Shown here: piece by piece, positions 49,369-61,058 of the stretch | Layout: every line of letters starts with the position of its first letter | How positions within the stretch are numbered: the stretch's first letter is position 1 | Program-made: the position numbers and the translations under genes | The notes under the pieces: generated by a model | What the model saw: the letters and a program-made list of their open reading frames with translations, nothing else | What the model was told of the DNA's origin: nothing | Database searches by the model: none | Source: an uncultured delta proteobacterium | Lineage (GTDB): Bacteria > Myxococcota_A > Polyangia > Polyangiales > B10-G4 | Direction of reading: 5' to 3' | Assembly (NCBI GenBank): GCA_963727445.1 | Contig: CAVSGI010000006.1 | Coordinates: 640,001 to 704,000, forward strand | DNA length: 64,000 bases

Positions 49369-50930
49369 TGCCGCGGATGGCTGCTGTTTCGGCCCTCCCG
49401 TTGGCGATGCTCCTCACCGCGTGTGCCGGTGCTGGTCCAGGGCCTCCGCCGCCCGCGTCACGTCCCGCTTCTCACACCTATCGCGGCGCCTTGAGCTTCG
49501 AAGCCCGCACCCCGACGCCCACCGGGGCTTCGAGCGTGACCGAGACGCGCCCTGCGCGACGTGTCTCGCTCGTCGTGCGCGACGACGGGGGGACCATCCT
49601 CGCGCGCACGGCGACCGACGACGAGGGGCGCTTCACCTTCGAGGCGCCGCTTGGCGCGACGCTCCGCATCGTCGCCGAGATCGCATCGGAGCGACTCACG
49701 GTCACCAGCGATGCGCTGGGGAGGACCCCGCGCACGCGCGAGCTCACGCTCGGTTCGCCCGATCAGCCGCTCGAGATCGCGGTGCACGACGGCGACGAAG
49801 ACGGCCTGTCGGGCGCGCTGCACATCCTCGACGTCGAGCTCGAAGGCGCGCTCGCGGTGCGGCGCTGGCTTTCGGAGGAGCTGCCGCCGCTCTTCACCCA
49901 TTGGGGGCGCGGTGAGACGACGGTGTGGAGCTTCTATCACGGCGAGCGACCGTCGGGCTCGGGGCGCTTCGCCCTCGAGCTGATGGGCGGCGATCCCGGA
50001 GCGCAGCGGACGACGGACACCGACGAGCACGACGAAGCCATCGTCCTGCACGAGATGGGTCACTTCGTGATGGACCGCCTCACCACCGATTCCTCCGCTG
50101 GGGGCGATCACCCGACCGGCCACCTCTACGATCCCGGTCTTGCGTGGGAAGAGGCGCGGGCGAGCTTCTTCGCGGCAGCGGTGCTCGGCGCGCCGCTCTA
50201 CTGGGACACCATCGGCGTCGAGCCGTCGGGGAGCCTGCGCATCAGCCACGACCTGGAGCGCGGGATGCCGGGGCCCAAGGGCCTGGGCTCGGAGCAGGGA
50301 ACCGCGGAGATCCTCTGGGACCTGGCCGATGGCGCCGGGGGCCTCCCGGACGACGATCGCGATCCGATCGCGCTCGGCCCCGCGGGCGTGCTCCGCGCGA
50401 TGATGAGCCTCGCCGAGGAGCCAGAGAGCTTTCCCTGCATCTCCAGCTTCCTGCGTCACGTGGTGGACGCGGGGCTGGCGACGGAGGAAGAGGTGCGCGA
50501 GCTCCTGGCGCGAGGAGGGCACCCGACGGACCTCCTTCCACCGGCGGGGAACACCCCCTGGCCCGCGCCCCTGTCGCTCCCAGGCACGGCCTCGGGCAAG
50601 ATCGACGGTCTCAGCGATCCCGCGCCCAGCGGCGGCGCCGCGCGGCCCCAGAACGGCTTCGACGCCATGCACGCCTATCGCGTGGTGGTGGACGCGCCCG
50701 GAAGGCTCTCGGTCCGCCTCGTGATCTTCGGCAGCGGCGAGGGGGATCAGCACGAGGACCTGGACGTGGAGGTACGCGATCGGAACGCCGACCTCTTGGT
50801 CGCTTCCCGGGGTCAGGATCCCTCGGAGAGCGTGACGGTGGCGGTCGAGCCGGGCGTTTACATCGTCTACGTCCGGGACGGCGGCCAGGGCAACCGCGTC
50901 GGCTACGAGGTTCGCGTCGAGCTCGAGTGA
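49368..50930 (+). CDS. Lipoprotein zinc metallopeptidase-like protein with C-terminal PPC-like domain
   Basis: LTAC lipobox; VLHEMGHF plus AWEEA; C-terminal DLDVEV...PGVYIVYV. Confidence 0.72.
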   Translation: MPRMAAVSALPLAMLLTACAGAGPGPPPPASRPASHTYRGALSFEARTPTPTGASSVTETRPARRVSLVVRDDGGTILARTATDDEGRFTFEAPLGATLRIVAEIASERLTVTSDALGRTPRTRELTLGSPDQPLEIAVHDGDEDGLSGALHILDVELEGALAVRRWLSEELPPLFTHWGRGETTVWSFYHGERPSGSGRFALELMGGDPGAQRTTDTDEHDEAIVLHEMGHFVMDRLTTDSSAGGDHPTGHLYDPGLAWEEARASFFAAAVLGAPLYWDTIGVEPSGSLRISHDLERGMPGPKGLGSEQGTAEILWDLADGAGGLPDDDRDPIALGPAGVLRAMMSLAEEPESFPCISSFLRHVVDAGLATEEEVRELLARGGHPTDLLPPAGNTPWPAPLSLPGTASGKIDGLSDPAPSGGAARPQNGFDAMHAYRVVVDAPGRLSVRLVIFGSGEGDQHEDLDVEVRDRNADLLVASRGQDPSESVTVAVEPGVYIVYVRDGGQGNRVGYEVRVELE

Positions 50931-50947
50931 GCAGATGTGCTGCGAGC

Positions 50948-51577
50948 TCAGTCGCGCACCGGCTTGCCGACCAGGCGCGGCGGCCGAGGCGACTTGCTCT
51001 GCCCATCGTCGTCCTTCGAGCTGGGGTCGTAGGCGTCGATGAAGTGCAGGTTCTCGTAGTTGATCAGGAAGTGCGCGATCACCGGCGCGAGGAGCTCGCC
51101 GGTCGCGGCGTACAGCGCGCCGAACACCCAGCCCATGGTCGCCGCCCAGATCGTCCAGGGCAGAAAGCTCTTTCGAGGGCCGACGTGCACCAGGCCGAAG
51201 AGGAGACCGGAGAGCAACAGACCGAGGGCAGGCTGCATCGCGCCGCGGAAGAGCATCTCTTCGGCGATGCCCGAGGTGAGGGCGAAGACCGCGATCTCGG
51301 GCCCGGTGAGAGGGCCGAGCAGGGAACGGAACTCGCTGTGGAGGCGGCGCGCCCAGGTGGCCCGGCGCACGAAGACCCGCGTGAGCGCGATCACCAAGAC
51401 CCCCACGGCGACCCCCGAGGCGATGGCGAGCCCGGTGGAGACGGGAAACGCGAGGCCCAGCCACGGCTCGGGGTAGTGATAGAGGTCGACGTTTCCGCGG
51501 ATGGCACCCCAGGCCAGCGCACCCGAGGCGACGAGACCGTAGAACACGATGGAGAGGGCGATGCGGCGGTCGGGCAC
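50948..51577 (-). CDS. CPBP (Abi/CAAX) intramembrane metalloprotease
   Basis: AEEMLFRG, FGLVH and AHFLIN motifs; multiple TM segments; start approximate. Confidence 0.9.
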   Translation of the reverse strand: MPDRRIALSIVFYGLVASGALAWGAIRGNVDLYHYPEPWLGLAFPVSTGLAIASGVAVGVLVIALTRVFVRRATWARRLHSEFRSLLGPLTGPEIAVFALTSGIAEEMLFRGAMQPALGLLLSGLLFGLVHVGPRKSFLPWTIWAATMGWVFGALYAATGELLAPVIAHFLINYENLHFIDAYDPSSKDDDGQSKSPRPPRLVGKPVRD

Positions 51578-51630
51578 GAGGAACGATTGCTCTATCAGCC
51601 CGGACTTTGCTCGGCAAATCAGGACGCTGA

Positions 51631-51660
51631 TTGACACTCGGGGGGCCCGCGGCCTATCAC
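51631..51660 (+). promoter_or_regulatory. Possible sigma70 promoter
   Basis: TTGACA-N18-TATCAC; short palindrome tttgc-tcg-gcaaa at 51606-51618. Confidence 0.4.
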
Positions 51661-51691
51661 CATTGTCGTCAACGTGGGCGGTGAACCTGCA

Positions 51692-53214
<1,523 letters not shown>

Positions 53215-53248
53215 GGCGACGCGCTCGCGCGCCGAGCGCGCGGGGTCG

Positions 53249-54187
53249 TCACTCCACGAGTACTTCCAGCGTGTAGGGGGCGCAGGTGTTGTCCCACATG
53301 CTGGAGGTGACGCGGATGAAGGCGATGCCGGTCTCGTCGAGCGTGCCGGTGCAGTTGGTCTCGAGGCGGACGTGCTCGCGCATGGTGCTGGGGCCGGCGG
53401 AGGTGCAGCCGGCGCCGATCATCGCGTCCGCGCCGCCCGGGTTGCAGTTCACCTCTTCGGTGCCGCTGTCGCAGACGAACCAGACGGCGAGGTCGTAGTT
53501 CGAGCCCGTGGGGATGCCAGAGAGCGTCACGTCGATGTCCGGGGCCGTGGAGAGGTTCGTCGCGTCCACGATGGTGGCGACGAACCAGTCTTCGTCGGTG
53601 TCGCTGGAGAGCGCGAAAGCGTCGAAGGTGTTGGAGGTGCCGCCGTCGTCGTAAGAGCCGATGTCGTAGGCGGAGTCGCGGCCGTCGTTCCTCTCGGCGG
53701 CGTCGTCCATGCAAGCGCACATCCCGTCCATCCCGCAGTCGGCGCCGCCCGGGCAGGTCCCACAGTCGAGGTCCATCCCGCAGCCGTCGGTCTGTGCCCC
53801 GCACTCGAAGCTCTGCTCCTCGCAGGTCATGGGGGTGCACAGGCAGGTGTCGCCGTCGCGGACGGCGGGCGGCTCGCAGGTGAAGTCGCAGGCGCCGAGG
53901 GCGGTGCAGCTGGCGACGCCCAGCGCCGGGGTGGGGCAGCTCTCGCCGCAGCCCATGCTGCAGCCGTTTTCGGGATCGTTGGCGAGGTCGTCGACGCAGC
54001 CGGCGCCGCAGCGGTGCTGGCCGGTGGGACAGGCGAACTCACCGGTGTCGGGCAGGCCGGAGTCGAGCGCCCCGTCCCCGCTGCTGCCGTCGCGAACGGA
54101 GGAGTCGAGGATGCCTATGTGGGAGTCGTCACCGCCGCAGGCGGCAACCGAGGCCAGGGCCAAGCAAAGGAAAAGACGTGGGTACAT
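53249..54187 (-). CDS. Cys-rich lipoprotein
   Basis: VAAC lipobox, many Cys (NDPENGC..CG..C), acidic C-terminal domain with DEDWF and YDL. Confidence 0.8.
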   Translation of the reverse strand: MYPRLFLCLALASVAACGGDDSHIGILDSSVRDGSSGDGALDSGLPDTGEFACPTGQHRCGAGCVDDLANDPENGCSMGCGESCPTPALGVASCTALGACDFTCEPPAVRDGDTCLCTPMTCEEQSFECGAQTDGCGMDLDCGTCPGGADCGMDGMCACMDDAAERNDGRDSAYDIGSYDDGGTSNTFDAFALSSDTDEDWFVATIVDATNLSTAPDIDVTLSGIPTGSNYDLAVWFVCDSGTEEVNCNPGGADAMIGAGCTSAGPSTMREHVRLETNCTGTLDETGIAFIRVTSSMWDNTCAPYTLEVLVE

Positions 54188-54201
54188 CGGGGACTATTGT
54201 A

Positions 54202-55935
54202 CTACTTGATGTCGAGGATGTAGCCCCCGTCGTCATACGTCCGGCTGGCGATGTCCTTGAGGAGCTCGTCCTCTTCGCGCTCCATCTTCTCGAGGCGGTC
54301 CTTGATCCGCGGCTCGGCGAGATGCGGAAGCCGTGGGCGAGCTCGATCTCGCGCTGCGCTCCCTCCTCGCCCTTCTGCTCGATGGTGCGGGTGGTCCGCG
54401 CCAGCACCGCCGACAGGGCGTAGAGATCGATCGCCACCTCGGCGATCCGCGCTTCTGAACGAACTGCTTCTCGGCGATGTCCTTGCCGTGCTTGCGCAGG
54501 ACCTGCTCCGCCTCGCGTGCGAGCGCGGCCACGCTCTCCTCGAAGAGCACCGCCTCGGCGCGGAGCGCCGGATGGACGCGCGTCGAAGCGCTCGCGTCCG
54601 AAGGCCGCGCGCGCCTGCTTCACGGCGAAGTCGTGAGAGCACGCCGAAGCCCTTGATCGGCTCGCGCATGGCCTCGCGCGACCTCCGCGAGCTGCTTGCC
54701 CGGGCTCTGAATGCCGGCCAGCGCGATGAAGGCGCGGAGGATCTCGTTGGTGCCCTCGAAGATCAGGTTGATGCGCGCGTCGCGCAGCATCCGCTCGTAG
54801 GGGTACTCCTTCATGTACCCGATGCCCGCCGCGATCTGCAGCGTACTCGTTCGCCACCATCCAGTAGGTCTCCGAGCCGAAGACCTTGCAGATGGCGCTC
54901 TCCAGCGAGTAGTCGTGAACGCCGGCGTCGATGAGCCCGGTCGTCAGGTAGGTCATCGACTCGAGCGCGTAGGTCTCGCACATCATCCGGGCGATCTTCT
55001 CCTTGATCATGCCGAACTCGCCGATGGGGCGCCCGAAGGCTTTGCGCTCGTTGGCGCGCTCCACCGCGAGCTGAAGCATGCGCTTGCAGCCGCCGAGGCA
55101 GCCTGCGGCGAGACCCATGCGCCCGCTGTTGAGCACCTCCATCGCGACCTTGAAACCGCGCCCCGCCTCGCCGAGGACGTTGGCGGCCGGCACCTTCACG
55201 TCCTCGAAGTAGAGGGTCGGTGGTGGAGGAGCCGCGGATGCCCATCTTCTCTTCGCTCGGGCCGTTCGTGACGCCCGAAGTTGCGCTCGACGATGAGCGC
55301 GGTGATCCGCGGCTTCATGTCCGCTGTCGGGCGCGCTGGTTCGGGCGAAGACGGTGAACACGTCGGCGAAGCCGCCGTTGGTGATCCAGATCTTCGAGCC
55401 GTTCAGGACGTAGTGTCTCGCCATCGTCCGAGAGCTCCGCGCGCGTCGTGATCGACGCAGCGTCACTGCCGGCGCCGGGCTCGGTGAGCGCGAAGCCGGC
55501 GACCCACTCGCCGGTCGCGAGCTTGGGGAGGTACTTCTTCTTCTGCGCTTCGGTGCCGAAGAGGAGGATCGCCTTGAGCCCGATCGACTGGTGCGCGCCG
55601 ATGGTGACCGCGAGGGAGCCGTCGAAGCCGGCGACCTCCTGCATGATGCGCGCGTAGGCGGTGTTCGACAGACCGAGGCCGCCGTACTCCTCGGGGATGG
55701 TCATCCCGAAGAGGCCGAGCTCCTTCATGCCCCGAAGCACCTCGTCCGGGATCTGGTGCTCCTCGTCGATCTTCGCGGAGTCGACGCGGGTCGCACAGAA
55801 CTTCCGGATCGAGTCGACCATCATGTCGACGTTTTCCTTCTCCTCGGAGGTCATCTCCGGGTAGGGAAAGATCATGTCCTCGGAGATGACCCCGTGAAAG
55901 AAGGCCTTCATGAAGCTCTGTTCGCGTTCGCTCAT
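54202..55935 (-). CDS. Acyl-CoA dehydrogenase, VLCAD/ACAD9-like (frameshifted)
   Basis: [53 protein letters not shown]. Confidence 0.93.
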
Positions 55936-56015
55936 GGCGAGGTGAGTACCGCGCGCCGGGCGTCGAATTCAAGGAGTGGCCCCCACGGGCGCGCGTCTCG
56001 ACTATCTTCGCGCGC

Positions 56016-57458
56016 GTGAAGAGGCGACGAAGCCTCAGTACCTGGCTCCCGCAGGCAGTGGCCGTCGCCGGTCTGTCGCTGCTCGCGCTCTCGGCGTTGC
56101 CCTACGCGGTGGACGACGCTTTCATCGTCTTTCGCTACGCGGCCGACCTGGTGGCCGGCGCCGGCTGGACCTTCAACGCCGGCCGGACCCCGACCGACGG
56201 CGTGACCGGTCCATTGTGGCTCCTCCCCGCGCTCGCGGCGATCAGCGCTGGCCTGTCCCCGCTTTGGGTCGCGCGCGCCCTCGGCCTCCTCTCCGCCGCC
56301 GCGGCCGCGGCCATGGTCGTCGCCCGCTTGCGCCGCCGCTGCGGCGGAACCCGTGGGGCGTGGGTCGCGGCGGGCCTTCTGGCGGTCGCCCCGAACTTCG
56401 CCATCTGGTCCATCGCAGGCCTGTCCACCGGTCTCGCCGCGCTCCTCGCCACCGGCGCCGCGCTCGCCGCGACCCGCCGACCGTCGCCCCGTCCCGTCGT
56501 CCTCGGCGTCTGCATCGCGGCTCTCGCCTGGCTGCGTCCCGAGCTCGCGCCGTTCGCGCTCGTCCTCGTCGGGGGGACGGCGCTGCGCGACGTGCGACAG
56601 GGCGCCCTGGCGTTCGTGGTCGCGGCGCTCGGCGCCGGCGCGGTGGTGGGGTTGCGCCTGTGGCTCTTCGGCGATCCGCTGCCGCTGAGCTTCTACGCCA
56701 AGCCCGCGGACGTCTCGCTCGGCGCCAGCTATGCCGTCCGAGGTGCGCTCGTGATCACCGGCATCGGCGGGGCCGCGCTTCCCATCCTCGCCACGCTCCT
56801 CGGCCGGCGCGAGGAGCACCTCCTCGGGGTGGCTCTGTTCGCGCATCTGTTGGCCATCACTCTCGCCGGCGGGGATTGGATGCCCGGCTTCCGTCTCCAC
56901 GCCCCGGTCATCCCCGTCTACGCGCTTGTCGCCGGAGGGCTCTTCACCCGCCCCCCGCCGCAGCTCTTCGCGCCGAAAGCGCTCGCCGCCACCTGCCTCG
57001 GGATGGCGCTGCTCGTCCCCGGCCTCGACGCCTGGGCGGAAGTCCCGCGCGCCGCCGACGCGGGACGGATCCGGCGCACGGACGGCGCTCTGCTCGCGCG
57101 CCTGCTGTCCGAGAGCGGCGACTCGGTGGCGCTCCTCGACATCGGCTACCTCGGCTACGCCTCGGGCCTCGAGATCGTCGATCTCGGCGGCGTCACCGAT
57201 CCCGTCATCGCGCACGAGCGTGGCGGCCACGCCGACAAGGAGATCGATTTCGGCTACCTGGACCGGCGCCGCCCCGACCTCGTGGTCTTGAGCTCACGGG
57301 GCGCGCCGGTGGTGGCGGAGGACGGGCACGTGCGCCTACAGGGCGCGTTCCCGGTCGAGCATCGCCTCGCCCGCTCCGACTGGCTGGCGAGCGGGTATGC
57401 GATCCTGCGCGTCGTGCCCTACGGCGAAGGGCACTATGTCGTCTTCACGCGGCGGTGA
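56016..57458 (+). CDS. Polytopic membrane protein, GT-C/arabinofuranosyltransferase-like
   Basis: VDDAFIVFRYA..L..G.G..FN, LRPE, FGDPLP.SFYAK, GGDWMP.FR, DLGGVTD. Confidence 0.7.
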   Translation: MKRRRSLSTWLPQAVAVAGLSLLALSALPYAVDDAFIVFRYAADLVAGAGWTFNAGRTPTDGVTGPLWLLPALAAISAGLSPLWVARALGLLSAAAAAAMVVARLRRRCGGTRGAWVAAGLLAVAPNFAIWSIAGLSTGLAALLATGAALAATRRPSPRPVVLGVCIAALAWLRPELAPFALVLVGGTALRDVRQGALAFVVAALGAGAVVGLRLWLFGDPLPLSFYAKPADVSLGASYAVRGALVITGIGGAALPILATLLGRREEHLLGVALFAHLLAITLAGGDWMPGFRLHAPVIPVYALVAGGLFTRPPPQLFAPKALAATCLGMALLVPGLDAWAEVPRAADAGRIRRTDGALLARLLSESGDSVALLDIGYLGYASGLEIVDLGGVTDPVIAHERGGHADKEIDFGYLDRRRPDLVVLSSRGAPVVAEDGHVRLQGAFPVEHRLARSDWLASGYAILRVVPYGEGHYVVFTRR

Positions 57459-57533
57459 GTGAGCTCGAGACGCAGTCCCGGCTCAACACCTGTGCGCGTC
57501 ACTCCGAGGCGTGCGCTCCGGCGTCGCTCGCCT

Positions 57534-58991
57534 CTACTCGGCGGGCGGCGCCGGCGCTTCTTCGTTGCGGCCGGGGCTGTCGCGGCCTTCGGCGCGCTGG
57601 AGCGCCGTGCGGTCGCGGGGAGCCTGGAGCTGCTTGAGGAGCTGCGGCGGGAGCTGCAGGCGGCCGGGCGGGACGCCTGCGCCGGTCGGGGCCGCGGCGC
57701 CGGTCGCGCCCGGCGTGGGAGCTTCGCCTGCGGGGGGCGCCGGGATGGCGCCGGCAGCGTCGGCGAAGCTGACGCGGCCGAAGCGGTTGAGGGTGTGGAA
57801 GTCGCCCACGCGGGGCGGCGACCAGGCCACGGCGCGGACGCCCGCGTCGCCCGAACGGGCGTCCATCACGAAGAAGTTCATGCGCCAGGTGGCGCCCAGC
57901 TCGGGCTTGGTCCCGGGCGCGTCGCCGTTGACGAAGGCGGTCCAGGGGATGCGGAGCTCGGCGGTGTAGCCCTCGTCCGCTTCCTCGTCGTTGATGGTGC
58001 CTTCCGCTTCGGCAGCGGCCTCGATGTCCGGGTTCCAGTCGACGTGACCGAAAGGCTGCGGCTGACGCTGCGTGTCGTAGCGCGTCTCGAAGGTGACGCC
58101 GGAGGGTGAGACCTGCAGCTCGAAGTAGTTCCGGCCGTCGCCGTCGGGATCGACCATGACCTCGACCGTGTCCTGCTCCCAGAGGTGCTGGTCGCGGGTG
58201 TCGAAGCTGGAGCGCAGATAGTCGTCCTTCACGGTGAAGGCGACGTAGAGGTTGTCGTCGTCCCAGAGCGTCTTGACGGTGGACTCGGGCTCGGCCACCG
58301 CGCCGTTCATGGTGTTGACCAGGCGCGTGGTCGCCATGGCGGTGGACCACGCCTCCTCATCGAGCTTGCCGTCGATGTGGATGTCGGCGTCGGTCTTCTT
58401 GCTGATGAGCGAGGGCAGGGTGGGCGCGGGGGCAGGCGCGGCCTCCGCGACGTCGAGCTCGATGGCCTTGGCGCGGTTGTCGCCGTCGCTCGGACCCTCG
58501 GTCACCTGAAGGCGATGGGGGCCGTTCCACAGGCCGAGGTAGATGGTGGCCTTGTTCGAGTTCCAGTCCGTGGGCAGCGTCATCCGCTGCACGTCGCGAA
58601 TGTACTCGCCGGCCTTCCAACGGCCGGGGGGATAGAGCTGGCGGATCTCGCCCTCGTTGTCCTGGTTGAGCCGGTCGGCGCCGGCGGCATCGGTGAAGTG
58701 GGTGAAGGCACGCCAGCCTTCCTCGAGGGGACGCTTGCAGTGCCAGTACCAGGTGACCTCGAAGCTCTGGCCGGGACGCAGACTCTCGGTGTCGATGTCG
58801 TAACCGAGGAGCTCGATCTTGTTCTCGAAGGAGATGTCGAGGGGATGTTCGGGGCTCGGCGCTTCGCTGCTGACGAAGCCGCTGATTCGATCACGCTCGG
58901 CCTCGGTGAGCTCGGTGGATTTCTCGACGCAGCCAACAACGCTGATGGAGACGAGAGCGCTGATTACGGTCAGCGTTTGGATCCTCTTCAT
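57534..58991 (-). CDS. Lipoprotein with carbohydrate-binding family 9-like (DOMON-like) domain
   Basis: VVGC lipobox; IDGKLDE.AW, WDDDNLYVAF, D.VE..VDP..DG.NYFE, YTAELRIPW, W.P....DFH. Confidence 0.82.
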   Translation of the reverse strand: MKRIQTLTVISALVSISVVGCVEKSTELTEAERDRISGFVSSEAPSPEHPLDISFENKIELLGYDIDTESLRPGQSFEVTWYWHCKRPLEEGWRAFTHFTDAAGADRLNQDNEGEIRQLYPPGRWKAGEYIRDVQRMTLPTDWNSNKATIYLGLWNGPHRLQVTEGPSDGDNRAKAIELDVAEAAPAPAPTLPSLISKKTDADIHIDGKLDEEAWSTAMATTRLVNTMNGAVAEPESTVKTLWDDDNLYVAFTVKDDYLRSSFDTRDQHLWEQDTVEVMVDPDGDGRNYFELQVSPSGVTFETRYDTQRQPQPFGHVDWNPDIEAAAEAEGTINDEEADEGYTAELRIPWTAFVNGDAPGTKPELGATWRMNFFVMDARSGDAGVRAVAWSPPRVGDFHTLNRFGRVSFADAAGAIPAPPAGEAPTPGATGAAAPTGAGVPPGRLQLPPQLLKQLQAPRDRTALQRAEGRDSPGRNEEAPAPPAE

Positions 58992-59004
58992 CGGGTCCTC
59001 ACTT

Positions 59005-60602
<1,598 letters not shown>

Positions 60603-60734
60603 GAAAAAGCCCCGCAATTGCCGGGGGTCGGGGCTTAGCACGGGCCCCGGTGGGCCGGCAACCGCCGATGAGCCCGCTTTTCCCGATGGGAACGGCCTTC
60701 CGAAGCCCTCGTAGGGACGGGTATCATCTCGGTC

Positions 60735-60911
60735 ATGCCGGTCTGCAAGCAGTGTGGGGAGGAGGCGGACGAGCTACACGCCATCAAGGTGAGTGGCCGC
60801 CGCCGCCAGGTCTGCGAGGATTGCGTCGAGCTCATCGAAGAGGAGCAGGCGATCGCCGAGGAGTCCGAAGCCGTCGTCCAACAGATGATGGGCTACAAAG
60901 GCCGCAGGTAA
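60735..60911 (+). CDS. 58-aa CxxC...CxxC putative zinc-binding small protein
   Basis: MPVCKQCGEEADELHAIKVSGRRRQVCEDCVELIEEEQAIAEESEAVVQQMMGYKGRR*; below the ORF-track cutoff. Confidence 0.75.
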   Translation: MPVCKQCGEEADELHAIKVSGRRRQVCEDCVELIEEEQAIAEESEAVVQQMMGYKGRR

Positions 60912-60943
60912 TATCGACCCACCCGCCCCTCCCCAAGTCCTCC

Positions 60944-61010
60944 CCGAGGGGGGCACCCCTCGGAGCACCCCGCGGCGCCTCGCTTCGCTCTGCGCCGCCT
61001 CGCTTCGCTC
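60944..61010. repeat. REP-like hairpin plus duplicated gcctcgcttcgctc
   Basis: ccgagggg-ggca-cccctcgg hairpin; 14-bp direct repeat at 60977 and 60997. Confidence 0.55.
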
Positions 61011-61058
61011 GGTTGAGCCCTTGCCAGGGGGCGCGTGTGGCGAGATGGTGCCCGTCCC

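Noticed and set aside
60603..60734. SRP RNA (ffs) next to ffh
   Set aside because: The conserved domain IV motif (CAGG..GNRA..AGCAG) is not found on either strand
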